From Desulfobacterales bacterium (GTDB taxonomy: Bacteria > Desulfobacterota > Desulfobacteria > Desulfobacterales > UBA2245), in contig JAXGZF010000004.1 in the NCBI GenBank assembly GCA_040771865.1, positions 186,001 to 250,000 on the forward strand: a stretch of DNA of 64,000 nt. Reading direction: 5' to 3'. The notes below the pieces were generated by a model. It made no database searches. It saw nothing but the letters and a program-made list of their open reading frames with translations, and was not told the DNA's origin. Positions 39,667 to 50,470 of this stretch are shown in pieces (the first letter of the stretch is position 1; each line of letters starts with the position of its first letter). A program made the position numbers and the translations under genes.

Positions 39667-39715
39667 CTCTTCGTGGCATTGATTTTTTCATATTTAATGA
39701 ATAATAAGGATTGTT

Positions 39716-40999
39716 ATGCTAGAAATCAAGTTTGTCAGACAGAATTTGACGGAAGTTCAAAATGCCATGGCCGCTCGGGGAGAAGGACTCAAGCTGGATG
39801 CATTTATTCAGATCGATGAAAAACGAAGGGATGTTCTTGTTCAGATTGAAAACCTGAGACATCGGCGTAATGTGGTTTCCGATCAGATCGCCCAACTGAA
39901 AAAAAGCGGTGAAAACGCGGATGAATTGGTTTTGGAAATGCGTGATGTATCTGCGCAGATCAAGGAAATGGATGGAGCGCTCTCGGATTTTGAAGCATCG
40001 CTTCATGAAATATTGATGGGCCTGCCGAATCTGCCCCATTTTTCGGTTCCCAGGGGAACTGACAGTTCACAGAATCCGGTGGTTCGAAAGGTAGGCGAAC
40101 CCCGTGTTTTTGATTTTGCGCCCGAAGCCCATTGGACGCTAGGCGAGCGCCTTGGAATCCTCGATTTCGAGCGGGCATCCAAAATCGCCGGTGCCCGTTT
40201 TCCCCTTTATCTGGGAGCCGGCGCCCGTCTGGAGCGCGCGTTGATAAATTTCATGCTTGATGTCCATACAATCGAACATGGTTATAAAGAGGTGCTTCCT
40301 CCGTTTATCGTAAATCGAACCGCAATGACGGCAACCGGCCAGCTTCCCAAGTTTGCGGCCGATCTTTTCAAACTGGAGGGATGGGATTTTTTTCTGATTC
40401 CGACGGCCGAAGTTCCGGTGACCAACATTCACCAGGGAGAGGTACTGGATGAAAACAACCTGCCCCTGCTGTATACGGCATATACACCGTGCTTCCGATC
40501 CGAGGCGGGTTCCTACGGCAAGGATACCCGCGGGTTGATCCGGCAGCACCAGTTCAACAAGGTCGAACTGGTGAAGTTCACAACACCGGAATCATCCTAT
40601 GATGAACTGGAAAAACTGCTGGCCAATGCTGAAACCATCTTGCAGCGGCTAGAACTTCCCTTTCAAGTGGTGACCCTGTGCACCGGAGATCTCGGTTTTT
40701 CGGCATCCAAGACCTACGACATCGAGGTCTGGCTTCCGGCTCAGGGCGTTTACCGGGAGATTTCCTCGTGCAGCAATTTTGAGAATTTTCAGGCGCGTCG
40801 GGCCGACATCCGGTTCCGCCGCAAAGGAAAAAACAAGACAGAACTGGTCCACACCTTGAACGGTTCGGGACTGGCGGTAGGTAGAACCGTTGCCGCCATT
40901 CTTGAAAACTATCAGCAGGCGGACGGAACTGTAATAATCCCCAGGGCTTTGCGGCCCTATATGGGCAATATGGAAAGAATCGAAAAACGTGAAGCTTGA
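39716..40999 (+). CDS. serS: Serine-tRNA ligase
   Basis: [38 protein letters not shown] and HTLNGSGLA motifs. Confidence 0.98.
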   Translation: MLEIKFVRQNLTEVQNAMAARGEGLKLDAFIQIDEKRRDVLVQIENLRHRRNVVSDQIAQLKKSGENADELVLEMRDVSAQIKEMDGALSDFEASLHEILMGLPNLPHFSVPRGTDSSQNPVVRKVGEPRVFDFAPEAHWTLGERLGILDFERASKIAGARFPLYLGAGARLERALINFMLDVHTIEHGYKEVLPPFIVNRTAMTATGQLPKFAADLFKLEGWDFFLIPTAEVPVTNIHQGEVLDENNLPLLYTAYTPCFRSEAGSYGKDTRGLIRQHQFNKVELVKFTTPESSYDELEKLLANAETILQRLELPFQVVTLCTGDLGFSASKTYDIEVWLPAQGVYREISSCSNFENFQARRADIRFRRKGKNKTELVHTLNGSGLAVGRTVAAILENYQQADGTVIIPRALRPYMGNMERIEKREA

Positions 41000-42500
41000 A
41001 GATTTTCCCCAGAACATAAGGTCGTATCTTATTCCGAAACACCCTGGCGCAATGGTGTACCGGTGTCTGGGATGCGACCGGGTTTTCGGCATTGAAAAGC
41101 TGCTTTATACCTGTCCGGATTGCAGGGAGGTGCTGCTGCTCGAAGATCAGCGGTTTGACGATCTCAAGAATGTTCCGGGCAAAACATGGCACAAGATTTT
41201 TGATTACCGAAAAATGCTGACCCGGTATGATTTAAAGGGCATTTATCGTTATCACGAGTTCATCGGGCCGGCCATTCCTCTGGATGCGGTGGTTTATCTC
41301 GGAGAAGGACACACTCCTGTCATTGAGGCCAATCAAAGGCTGCAGAAGAAGGTTGGTCTTCGGTTTTATTTTAAGAACGACGGCCAGAATCCGAGCGCTT
41401 CTTTTAAGGATCGGGGCATGGCCAGCGCCCTCAGCTATATCAACTACATGCTCCGCTGCGGCCATATTTCGGAAGTACTTGCTGTATGCGCTTCCACGGG
41501 CGACACATCGGCTTCAGCCGCTTTATATGCATCCTATTTGTATCCTCAGGTAAAATCCGCCGTACTGCTTCCTCATAAGAAGGTGACTCCCCAGCAGCTT
41601 TCCCAGCCGCTGGGGAGTGGAGCGCGCGTGTTTGAAATTCCCGGTGTGTTTGACGACTGCATGAAGGTGGTCGAAAGACTCTCCGATACCTACAATGTGG
41701 CCCTGTTGAATTCCAAAAATTCCTGGCGAATTTTGGGACAGGAATCTTATTCCTATGAGATTTCCCAGGATTTTGAGTATGAACTGGACGATAAGGCCGT
41801 GGTGGTTCCAATCGGAAATGCCGGCAATATCACGGCGGTCATGAGCGGTTTTATCAAATTTTTCAAAACAGGTATTATTTCAACCTTGCCCAAGATCATC
41901 GGCGTCCAATCCGAACATGCGAATCCGGTTTATCGTTATTACCTCGAGCCTGATCCACGGAAACGTCAATTTGTACCTGTGACAGTCAGACCCAGTGTTG
42001 CACAGGCGGCCATGATCGGAAATCCGGTTTCCATGCCCCGGGTGATCCGCTTGGTTGAGCAGTACAACCATCTGGCGGGCTGCCGTCGTGTATTTACCGT
42101 TGAGGTCCCGGAACAGGCAATCATGGATTGGCAGCTCACGGCGAATCAAAATGGAAACATTGCCTGCACGCACGGGGGAGAAACTCTGGCGGGTCTGGCT
42201 GTGGCGCGCGAGCAGGGCATTCTGAATTCAGCGGATGTCGTGGTTCTGGACTCAACGGCTCATGCCCTTAAATTTTCCGGATTCCAGGATATGTATTTTT
42301 CCGGGCATTTTCCGGAGGAATTCGAGATCGTTCCGAATCGGCGCCTGATGAATCATCCCGTTCTGGTCCGGCCGGAAGATTTGAAAAAGATGCCGGCATC
42401 CGGCAAACCTTTGACCGGTTTAGATTTTGAGCACTTTGTGCGGCGAGTATCCGAGGAAATTGCCAGGATGCTTGATTTAAAAAAGGTGATCTCCGAATGA
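40989..42500 (+). CDS. thrC: Threonine synthase
   Basis: [27 protein letters not shown] and VPIGNAGN motifs; N-terminal CxxC pairs; GTG start overlaps serS. Confidence 0.93.
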   Translation: MKLEDFPQNIRSYLIPKHPGAMVYRCLGCDRVFGIEKLLYTCPDCREVLLLEDQRFDDLKNVPGKTWHKIFDYRKMLTRYDLKGIYRYHEFIGPAIPLDAVVYLGEGHTPVIEANQRLQKKVGLRFYFKNDGQNPSASFKDRGMASALSYINYMLRCGHISEVLAVCASTGDTSASAALYASYLYPQVKSAVLLPHKKVTPQQLSQPLGSGARVFEIPGVFDDCMKVVERLSDTYNVALLNSKNSWRILGQESYSYEISQDFEYELDDKAVVVPIGNAGNITAVMSGFIKFFKTGIISTLPKIIGVQSEHANPVYRYYLEPDPRKRQFVPVTVRPSVAQAAMIGNPVSMPRVIRLVEQYNHLAGCRRVFTVEVPEQAIMDWQLTANQNGNIACTHGGETLAGLAVAREQGILNSADVVVLDSTAHALKFSGFQDMYFSGHFPEEFEIVPNRRLMNHPVLVRPEDLKKMPASGKPLTGLDFEHFVRRVSEEIARMLDLKKVISE

Positions 42501-44260
42501 AGCCATGCGGCCTACGATATGCTGCTGGCCTGCTGATTTTGTTTATGCTTACAGGGTTACTTTGCCCGGCTCCCGCTTACAACGCCCTTTTGTATAAAAG
42601 TTATATTGTTCGAGAAGACTATGGAAAGAGCATTCTATGCGACGCCTATATCGTAGGAAAGAACGACTGGGTATATAAAATTTTCCGCCAGCGCGGAGAG
42701 ATCTCCGAGAAAGACTTTCCCCGATTTCTGGGTATATTTAAACGTATCAACCCGCATATCAAGGATATCGACACAATTCATCCCGGCCAGCAGATCCTCA
42801 TTCCGCTGAAGGAACTGGATAACAACCCCCTGCCGGGCCAGGAAAGCGGAGTCGTCACACTTCCATTTGTGACCATATCCGGGCTTCCGGATACCCTGGA
42901 GCCCTATGTTCAAGAGTATAAGATCAAAAAAGGAGACAGTCTGTCAAAAATTTTTTACCGGATGTATGGCTCCAGGCCTTTTGAAGAATCTGTCCGCGCG
43001 TTTTCCGCCCTGAATCCGGATGTAAAAGATTTTGACCGGATTTATCCGGGGCAGGTGATTCGGCTGCCGGCCCCTTCTATGAAAGACAAACCATGGTATC
43101 CTGAGCTTGTCAGCCATCCTGAGCGGATGTTGACGACAGGTGAGTCCGCCGAGTCCCATGCCCGGCCGCCCTCCGGGCATGCATCCGTACCGGATGAGAC
43201 GCCGGAGACCCGCAGGGACATGGGACCCTTTGGCAGGGCGGCTGCCATTCTGGAAGTCAAGTCGCAAAGCCGGGGCGTTTATTATTTTCCGCGCAGTTCC
43301 GGGCCGGATGTAAAGCTCGACCTGTCGCGTTTTCCGGTCTACTCGTTTGAAAACGGTACACGGATGATGTTTGTCGATAAATCCATGGCAAAGGCTGATC
43401 TGGAGCTGATCCGCAGTTTCTGGAAAGATCTGCGTCCGGTTTTGATGCCCGACAAACCCACGGTTTCCAACATCCTGGACTCGGTAGCTGCGGAAGTTCA
43501 TGGGGATTCTGAGAATGAAATTTTGTTAAACGATAACGGCGTCGTCTTTAAGGTCTCGGCGCAGTGGATCGTTCCGAGGCCCTGCGCTCCGGGGCAGTCT
43601 GCTGTCCGTGACTGCATAACCTGTATCGATCGGATTCAGGAACGCACTGCGGATTGCATTTGTCTTTTTCTGGAACAGAACGGAATCAAGATCAAGGATG
43701 TGCTCAAATCCGATCCGGATCTGCCGCCAAAGCCCAAACGCCAGTACGATGATGCCGCGGAGCATATTCGGACCATTGACGGCGCGACTGCGAAGACCCT
43801 TGTCAGGGATCTTGTTGCGGTTCTGGGATATCCTTATTCGGAAAAAGCGCCCATCAGCTTTCCTTATGCAGGAACGCAGGTCGAGGCATTTTTAGGCCTG
43901 ATTTCAAAACCCGATGGCAATCCGCTTTTGATCGATTTAGGAGAATTGTACGGTGAAGCCCTTGAAAGCATCGGTCGAACATTGCATATTATTCAATTTA
44001 TGCCTCAGGACGATTTCCAGACAATTATCAACAAGCTCTTTTCGGGTCTTGGCCTTGGCTTTACTACAGATCCGATATTTTTCTGCGCCAGGCGCTCTCC
44101 AAAATACAATACGGCCATGATGGTTCCCGGTGTTCTGGTGCAGCAGGGGGAGGGCAGGAAAGTTTTACTGACATCGGTTCCCCTGCATCAGAGGCTGATT
44201 GAGTTCATGCGATTGGAAAATGTGCAAATCGCTTTTTTCGGAGGCGCATTAAGCCGGTAG
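42497..44260 (+). CDS. Exported LysM-domain protein
   Basis: N-terminal hydrophobic segment and two LysM-like repeats (NP...DTIHPGQQILIP; YKIKKGDSLS...NP...IYPGQVIRLP). Confidence 0.82.
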   Translation: MKPCGLRYAAGLLILFMLTGLLCPAPAYNALLYKSYIVREDYGKSILCDAYIVGKNDWVYKIFRQRGEISEKDFPRFLGIFKRINPHIKDIDTIHPGQQILIPLKELDNNPLPGQESGVVTLPFVTISGLPDTLEPYVQEYKIKKGDSLSKIFYRMYGSRPFEESVRAFSALNPDVKDFDRIYPGQVIRLPAPSMKDKPWYPELVSHPERMLTTGESAESHARPPSGHASVPDETPETRRDMGPFGRAAAILEVKSQSRGVYYFPRSSGPDVKLDLSRFPVYSFENGTRMMFVDKSMAKADLELIRSFWKDLRPVLMPDKPTVSNILDSVAAEVHGDSENEILLNDNGVVFKVSAQWIVPRPCAPGQSAVRDCITCIDRIQERTADCICLFLEQNGIKIKDVLKSDPDLPPKPKRQYDDAAEHIRTIDGATAKTLVRDLVAVLGYPYSEKAPISFPYAGTQVEAFLGLISKPDGNPLLIDLGELYGEALESIGRTLHIIQFMPQDDFQTIINKLFSGLGLGFTTDPIFFCARRSPKYNTAMMVPGVLVQQGEGRKVLLTSVPLHQRLIEFMRLENVQIAFFGGALSR

Positions 44261-44307
44261 TAATGATGAATATGGAAGTAAGAACCGATGAATGGAGGTA
44301 TGCATTG

Positions 44308-45093
44308 ATGGAAAAGGTTAAGCGTATCGCATCGGTATGTGTTTTGTTGATGCTGATTGCTTCATGCGCACCGCAACAGAACAAAAGCGACCTGATCAGA
44401 CAGGGCGAGACAACGCGTGATCTGGGCGAGGCGTATTTAAGACAGGGAGATTATACATCGGCGCTTCGCAAGCTGCTTGAGGCCGAGTCCATGAATCCCG
44501 AGGACCCGTTTCTGCAAAATGATCTCGGATTGGTCTACATGGCCAAGAATAGCCTGGAGAATGCCGAGAATCACTTTAAAAAGGCGATTGACATCAAACC
44601 GGATTATGCGCCCGCAAAGAACAATCTTGGCGTTGTCTATCTGGCCCAGGAGAAATGGGACACGGCGATCGCGGTTTTCAAGGAGCTGACCGGAGATCTC
44701 CTGTATGCAACGCCGCACTATCCGCTGACAAACCTCGGATGGGCCTACTATAACAAGCAGCAATACGAGATTTCCGAAAAATACTATCGAGAAGCCATTG
44801 GATATGATGCCAATTATTCTCCGGCCCTCAGGGGACTGGGACGCACCTGTGCGGCCATGGGCCGCCTCGATGAGGCGATTACATTTTATGAAAAGGCGGT
44901 CGCCAAGTCTCCTCGGTTTGTCGATGCCTATCTTGACCTTGGCAGAGCCTACGGCAGGTCCGGTGATTACGATAAAGCCCTTGCCGCTTTTGAAAAGGTC
45001 CGAGAGCTGGCGCCCGAACACACACTTGCCAGCGAAGCGGAAAAAGAGATATTGCGAATCAAGATGATGATGCGGCCAGGCAGAGCGTTTTAA
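44308..45093 (+). CDS. TPR lipoprotein, PilF/PilW/Tgl-like pilotin
   Basis: Lipobox LIASC, tandem TPRs and DLLYATP. ATG 44308 follows GGAGG. Confidence 0.8.
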   Translation: MEKVKRIASVCVLLMLIASCAPQQNKSDLIRQGETTRDLGEAYLRQGDYTSALRKLLEAESMNPEDPFLQNDLGLVYMAKNSLENAENHFKKAIDIKPDYAPAKNNLGVVYLAQEKWDTAIAVFKELTGDLLYATPHYPLTNLGWAYYNKQQYEISEKYYREAIGYDANYSPALRGLGRTCAAMGRLDEAITFYEKAVAKSPRFVDAYLDLGRAYGRSGDYDKALAAFEKVRELAPEHTLASEAEKEILRIKMMMRPGRAF

Positions 45094-45264
45094 AATGTAT
45101 TCAGCTTGAAATGTCCGATTGAAAAAGGGTTTGCCGATGTGCAATGATTTTCCCTTTGAGATACAAACGATTGAAGATTGACAGCAATGAAGTATTATTG
45201 CAAAAAATGACCTGTAAGGCCTTCCTGAAGCACCTTCCGACCGGAGGTGGCTTTAATGCCTTAA

Positions 45265-45408
45265 CAGGCTGTTGAAAAACTGTGCATAGGACCGCCATTC
45301 AGCGTTGCGCGGCTCTCGCCAATGCTCACATATGCTTGAATATGCTGCGCTTGTCGCATCGCCGCGCGCCTTGCCTGACGGCCTGATTCTTGTTTTTTCA
45401 ACACCCCG
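45265..45408 (+). mobile_element. MITE family A, copy 3
   Basis: Same terminal inverted repeats as copy 1; flanked by TTAA on both sides. Confidence 0.88.
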
Positions 45409-45534
45409 TTAATTCGTTGTATTAAATTTTTCTTGCATTTCTGACCTGGGTTATATATTTCACGTTCACTATGGGAACATGGGCTGGCCTGTTGAGGCAG
45501 GTCAAGATATGTTATGAATTGAGGAGGTGCAGGT

Positions 45535-46056
45535 ATAGCTATAGCGAAGAAAGAAAATAAGACGAATATTAACAGGATGATCCGTGCTAGAGAGGTTAGA
45601 GTTATCGATCCTGAAGGAAACCAGCTCGGAGTTATATCGATTGCCAAGGCATTGGCGGCAGCTGCTGATTTTGGTCTGGATTTGGTGGAGGTGTCTCCGA
45701 ATGCGGATCCGCCTGTATGCAAAATTATGGACTATGGACGTTATAAATACGAACTGACCAAACGGCAGCAGGAGGCCAAAAAGAAACAAAGCACCTTTCA
45801 AATCAAGGAAATCAAGGTCCGGCCCAAAACAGGTGAGCATGATTTGCAGGTCAAGATCGGGCATATCAAGCGGTTTCTGGAAAAAAAGGACAAGGTCAAG
45901 GTGACCGTGATGTTTCGAGGCCGTGAGATAACGCTTTCCCAACTGGGTCGGGAACTGCTCGATAAGATTGCCGCGGACACTCAGGATTTTGCGCTGGTGG
46001 AGCAGGGCCCCAAATTTGAAGGCCGGACCATTGTGATGATTTTGTCTCCCAAATAA
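45535..46056 (+). CDS. infC: Translation initiation factor IF-3 (non-canonical ATA start)
   Basis: LDLVEVSPNADPPVCKIMDYG and KVKVTVMFRGRE motifs. GGAGGTG RBS precedes in-frame ATA 45535, and the IN..IR motif begins upstream of ATG 45577. Confidence 0.95.
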   Translation: MAIAKKENKTNINRMIRAREVRVIDPEGNQLGVISIAKALAAAADFGLDLVEVSPNADPPVCKIMDYGRYKYELTKRQQEAKKKQSTFQIKEIKVRPKTGEHDLQVKIGHIKRFLEKKDKVKVTVMFRGREITLSQLGRELLDKIAADTQDFALVEQGPKFEGRTIVMILSPK

Positions 46057-46259
46057 TCCGTAGCATGATGATTCAGTAACGATGCGGCCTTAAAATAAAC
46101 GGCGCAACATACTTAATACGGCTTGTTTGGTGGTGGCGCGAGCCGATCCAAAGGTTTGGCTGGCGCCATCAGTATTTGGCTGGTCATGAAGCGGCTTGTC
46201 ATTTCGAGCCCTTCGGACATAGTGTTTATAATTATCTGGAAGAAGAGGAAGTATTGAGC

Positions 46260-46457
46260 ATGCCGAAAATTAAAACAAACCGAGCCGCTGCCAAGCGTTT
46301 TCGGAAAACGGGGTCGGGGAAATTTACCTATAACAAATCGCATGCGAGCCATATTTTGACGAAAAAATCGCCCAAACGGAAACGCTCGTTAAGAAAAACT
46401 CAAATTGTCAGCAAACCTGATGTCAGGGAGCTCAGGCTTCTGATGCCTAATGGGTAG
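46260..46457 (+). CDS. rpmI: 50S ribosomal protein L35
   Basis: [14 protein letters not shown]...HILTKK. Confidence 0.97.
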   Translation: MPKIKTNRAAAKRFRKTGSGKFTYNKSHASHILTKKSPKRKRSLRKTQIVSKPDVRELRLLMPNG

Positions 46458-46504
46458 TATGGGCTTTTTTGAAGAAGTCCTGTTGTGGGATAAGGAGAAT
46501 TGGA

Positions 46505-46855
46505 ATGCGTATTAAAAGAGGATTTAAGGCAAGAAGACGCCGCAACAAAATTTTTCAGTTGGCCAAAGGCTTCCGCGGTGGAAGAAGCAAGCTGTTTCGA
46601 ACGGCTGCGGATTCCGTAGACAAGGCGCTGATGTATGCTTACCGGGATCGTAAGGTCCGCAAGCGGGAATACCGGCAGCTTTGGATTGCTCGAATCAATG
46701 CGGCTGCGCGGATGAACGGCTTGAGCTACAGCAAGTTCATTCATGGTTTGAAGGCGGCGTCTGTTGAATTGGATCGCAAGGTTATCGCCGAACTGGCCGT
46801 TTCCGATCCAGCCGGCTTTTCACAGATTGCCAGTCTGGCTTCCCGGCAAGCTTAA
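46505..46855 (+). CDS. rplT: 50S ribosomal protein L20
   Basis: [11 protein letters not shown]...LWIARINAA...LDRK; AAGGAG RBS. Confidence 0.97.
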   Translation: MRIKRGFKARRRRNKIFQLAKGFRGGRSKLFRTAADSVDKALMYAYRDRKVRKREYRQLWIARINAAARMNGLSYSKFIHGLKAASVELDRKVIAELAVSDPAGFSQIASLASRQA

Positions 46856-46954
46856 AGTGCGCTTCTGGTCAGAAACATTCTGAGGCCTGGGGGATGCTCT
46901 CTGGAGCGTGCCGCCGGTCTGTTAAGGGCAATTGAGCGAGGCAGAGCAGAACAA

Positions 46955-47962
46955 TTGTATAAGACAATCGAGGAAATTCAAGAAGCGGCGGTTGCTGAGG
47001 CGCAAACGATTTCGAACAATGAGGCTCTTCAGGCGCTTAGTACCCGATATCTGGGACGAAAGGGCTTCCTGACCCAGTATCTGAGGAATATTGCATCGCT
47101 TCCGGCCGAGGAGCGGCCTATGGCCGGTAAAAAGGCCAATGAAGTCAAGTTGAGCCTCGAAGCGCTGTTCAAGGATACATTGGTTCGGCTGGAGAGCCAG
47201 GATACTCAATCCGGCCCCGCCATTGATGTTTCTCTTCCCGGAAGGCGAGTGCCGTACGGCGCGCTGCATCCGATTACACAGATAACCGACAGGATTTGTG
47301 AAATATTTTCCAGGATGGGGTTTGATATTGCCGAAGGGCCTGAAGTCGAAAAGGATTACTATAATTTCGAGGCCCTGAACATCCCGAAGGATCATCCGGC
47401 CCGGGACATGCAGGACACGTTTTACGTTTCGGAAAATGTGGTTCTCAGAACTCATACCTCGCCGATTCAGGTGCGGGTTATGGAAAAAACCCGGCCCCCT
47501 GTGCGCGTCATTGCCCCGGGGAAGGTATACCGGTGCGATTCGGATATTACCCATACCCCGATGTTTCATCAGATTGAGGGACTTCTGGTGGACAAAAAAG
47601 TTTCTTTCGGAGATCTGAAGGGGATTTTGACTGCCTTTGTTCATCAGATTTTCGATGAACGCACACGGCTGCGGTTTCGTCCCAGCTTTTTTCCATTTAC
47701 AGAGCCCAGCGCCGAAGTGGATATTCTTTGTGTGATGTGCCGCGGAAAGGGATGCCGGGTATGCAAGCAGACCGGATGGCTGGAAGTTCTGGGCTCAGGC
47801 ATGGTGGATCCTGCGGTTTTCCAGAATGTCGGATATGATCCGGACCGGTATACCGGATTTGCCTTTGGCATGGGCATTGAGCGCATTGCGATGCTCAAGT
47901 TCGGAATAGACGATATCCGCAAGTTTTTTGAAAATGATCTGAGATTTTTGAGGCAGTTCTGA
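46955..47962 (+). CDS. pheS: Phenylalanine-tRNA ligase alpha subunit
   Basis: [25 protein letters not shown] and [10 protein letters not shown] motifs. Confidence 0.98.
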   Translation: MYKTIEEIQEAAVAEAQTISNNEALQALSTRYLGRKGFLTQYLRNIASLPAEERPMAGKKANEVKLSLEALFKDTLVRLESQDTQSGPAIDVSLPGRRVPYGALHPITQITDRICEIFSRMGFDIAEGPEVEKDYYNFEALNIPKDHPARDMQDTFYVSENVVLRTHTSPIQVRVMEKTRPPVRVIAPGKVYRCDSDITHTPMFHQIEGLLVDKKVSFGDLKGILTAFVHQIFDERTRLRFRPSFFPFTEPSAEVDILCVMCRGKGCRVCKQTGWLEVLGSGMVDPAVFQNVGYDPDRYTGFAFGMGIERIAMLKFGIDDIRKFFENDLRFLRQF

Positions 47963-47963
47963 T

Positions 47964-50378
47964 ATGAAAGTGAGTTTGAGCTGGCTGCAGGATTACGTTG
48001 ACCTGAAAATGGCATCCACGGATCTGATCGACGCACTGACCATGGTCGGCCTTGAGGTCGATGCGATCTGGGATCGTTATGAATATCTGGAAAGCGTTCT
48101 GGTCGGCAGGATTCTTGAAATCATGCCCCACCCGAATGCCGACAAGCTCAGAATCTGTCGAGTGGATCTTTCACAGCGAGAGATCTCGGTCGTTTGCGGT
48201 GCGCCGAACATCCGCATCGGAATGCGTGTGCCGGTCGCTCTAGTTGGAACTCAGTTTCCCGGAGGAGTTCAGTTGCAGGCGACAGTGATTCGCGGGGTCG
48301 TTTCGGAGGGGATGATCTGCAGCGAGGCGGAACTTGCTTTAGGCCCGGATAAAAGCGGAGTTATGGATCTGGAAGGCAGAGGATGCCCGGGTGAAAAGCT
48401 TGCGCGGGCGCTGGGGCTTTCCGATCTTGTCATGGAGATCGGGTTGACGCCGAACCGTTCGGATTGTCTCAGCATCATAGGATTGGCCAGGGAGGTGGCG
48501 GCCATTCAGAAAACAGACCTTCGTCGCCCGCAGATAACCCTGCCGGCCGGCGTCAATAACATTGAAAGCTTGGCAAAGGTCGCCATAGAGTCGCCCGGGA
48601 TGTGTCCGCGTTATGCGGCCCGTCTGATCGAGGGGGTTGCTGTCGGCCCCTCTCCTTTCTGGCTTCAGGACCGTCTTCAGTCCGTGGGCCTCAGGTCGAT
48701 CAACAACATAGTGGATGTCACCAATTTCGTCATGATGGAGACCGGCCAGCCTTTGCATGCATTTGATTTCGACGAACTGGCCCAGCACCGCATCGTGGTG
48801 CGTGCTTCCCGGGAAGGGGAGGAGTTCGTCACCCTGGATGAAAAGCGGCGGTCGCTGGGCAGGGACATGCTTTTGATTTGCGATGGCGAAAATCCCGTGG
48901 CGATTGCCGGAGTGATGGGCGGCCTCAATTCCGAGGTTACGGATTCGACCCGCAGCGTTCTGATTGAAAGCGCGTGCTTTGAGCCAATCGGCATTCGAAA
49001 GACCGCCAAGAAACTGGGTATGAGCACGGAGGCTTCCTACCGTTTCGAACGGGGGGTTGATCCGAAGGGCACATTGTTTGCTCTCAACCGCGCGGCCCAG
49101 CTGATGGCCGAGATTTCCGGGGCCGTTCTGGTTCAGGGAACGATCGATGTGCATCCAGGTCCGGCCGAGGACCTGCGGCTGTCCTTGAGCGTAGAAAAAA
49201 CCAACCATCTTTTGGGAACAAATTTGGATGCGGGCCGAATAGCCGATCTCCTGTCGTCCATCGAATTCGCGGTTCAGCAGCGGGGAGAAGATTTGCTGGA
49301 GGTTCAGGTTCCCTCGTTCAGAGTGGATGTGACGCGGCCGGTGGATCTGATGGAGGAGGTGGCAAGGCTTTCCGGGTATGATCATATCCCTACAACCTTT
49401 CCCGAGAGTCCGGTCAGCGATAAGCCCATTGATCGTTGTCTGCAGATTCGGTCGCGAATTCGAACGCTCATGAACGGTTTTGGATTCACGGAAGCCATCA
49501 ACTACAGCTTCATCAGCGAGAAGGCCTGCGACCATCTTCGGTATCCTGCAGAAGACCTTCGCAGAGGCTGCGTTCGTGTGCTCAATCCCCTCAGCGAGGA
49601 TCAGGGCGTCATGAGAACCTCCCTGCTGCCCGGGCTTCTGGAGAACATGCGCAACAATATGGCCCAGCAGGTCAAATGTCTGAAGTTTTTTGAGGTGGGA
49701 AGAATTTACATTGCCAGAGATGAGGACGCGCTGCCCGAGGAGCGGGAGATGCTTGCCGGTTTATGGTCCGGTCTCCGGTCCGAAGCAAGCTGGTATTCCA
49801 AACCTGTGGAGTGTGATTTTTTCGACCTGAAGGGTGTTGTGGAATCCCTGCTTGAAGCATTGCGCATTGAAGGAATTGAGTGTGCCCGCATACCGGATGC
49901 GGACTGTATAGAGCTTCGTCCTGGTTCGGCGGCCCGGTTGCTGGACGGGGATGTGCCGATTGGAATCATCGGAGAAATACATCCCGAATCAGCCCGCCAG
50001 CTGGGGCTGAAACAAACCGCCTATATTTTCGAGATAGATCTTGCCCGGATTTATGACCGCGTTCCGGAATCGAAAAAAATCCGCCCGGTTCCGAAGTTTC
50101 CGGCTATTTCCCGTGACATTACCATTATTGTGGATCAGAATATTGAGGCGCAGCGCATCATCAGACAGGCCGGTGCTAAAAAGAGCGAGCTGGTGGAGGA
50201 CCTGTGCCTTATGGATGTGTTTCAGGGAGATCCTATTCCGTCCGGGAAAAAGAGTGCATCCCTGCGCGTGACGTACCGCTCGAATGTCAAGACCCTTGAA
50301 GATGAGGATATCCGGTCGCTCCATGAATCGATAACGCAGGGCATCATGGACGCTTTCGGGGCAACCTTGCCGGGTTGA
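47964..50378 (+). CDS. pheT: Phenylalanine-tRNA ligase beta subunit
   Basis: HPNADKL, TPNRSDCL, GQPLHAFD, RFERGVD and FPAISRDI motifs. Confidence 0.98.
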   Translation: MKVSLSWLQDYVDLKMASTDLIDALTMVGLEVDAIWDRYEYLESVLVGRILEIMPHPNADKLRICRVDLSQREISVVCGAPNIRIGMRVPVALVGTQFPGGVQLQATVIRGVVSEGMICSEAELALGPDKSGVMDLEGRGCPGEKLARALGLSDLVMEIGLTPNRSDCLSIIGLAREVAAIQKTDLRRPQITLPAGVNNIESLAKVAIESPGMCPRYAARLIEGVAVGPSPFWLQDRLQSVGLRSINNIVDVTNFVMMETGQPLHAFDFDELAQHRIVVRASREGEEFVTLDEKRRSLGRDMLLICDGENPVAIAGVMGGLNSEVTDSTRSVLIESACFEPIGIRKTAKKLGMSTEASYRFERGVDPKGTLFALNRAAQLMAEISGAVLVQGTIDVHPGPAEDLRLSLSVEKTNHLLGTNLDAGRIADLLSSIEFAVQQRGEDLLEVQVPSFRVDVTRPVDLMEEVARLSGYDHIPTTFPESPVSDKPIDRCLQIRSRIRTLMNGFGFTEAINYSFISEKACDHLRYPAEDLRRGCVRVLNPLSEDQGVMRTSLLPGLLENMRNNMAQQVKCLKFFEVGRIYIARDEDALPEEREMLAGLWSGLRSEASWYSKPVECDFFDLKGVVESLLEALRIEGIECARIPDADCIELRPGSAARLLDGDVPIGIIGEIHPESARQLGLKQTAYIFEIDLARIYDRVPESKKIRPVPKFPAISRDITIIVDQNIEAQRIIRQAGAKKSELVEDLCLMDVFQGDPIPSGKKSASLRVTYRSNVKTLEDEDIRSLHESITQGIMDAFGATLPG

Positions 50379-50470
50379 GACATCCTGAAAAGGTGGCGTT
50401 TCGAATTTCTTCGGTGAAGACTGGCGACATGCCGGAGAATACATCCCGCGTTGCGGAGGGGTTTGAAAAT

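Noticed and set aside
39400..39670. 6S RNA, expected upstream of the 5-FTHF cyclo-ligase gene
   Set aside because: I could not build a long rod with a central bubble, and a TTGACT-16-TATACT promoter lies directly before the gene.
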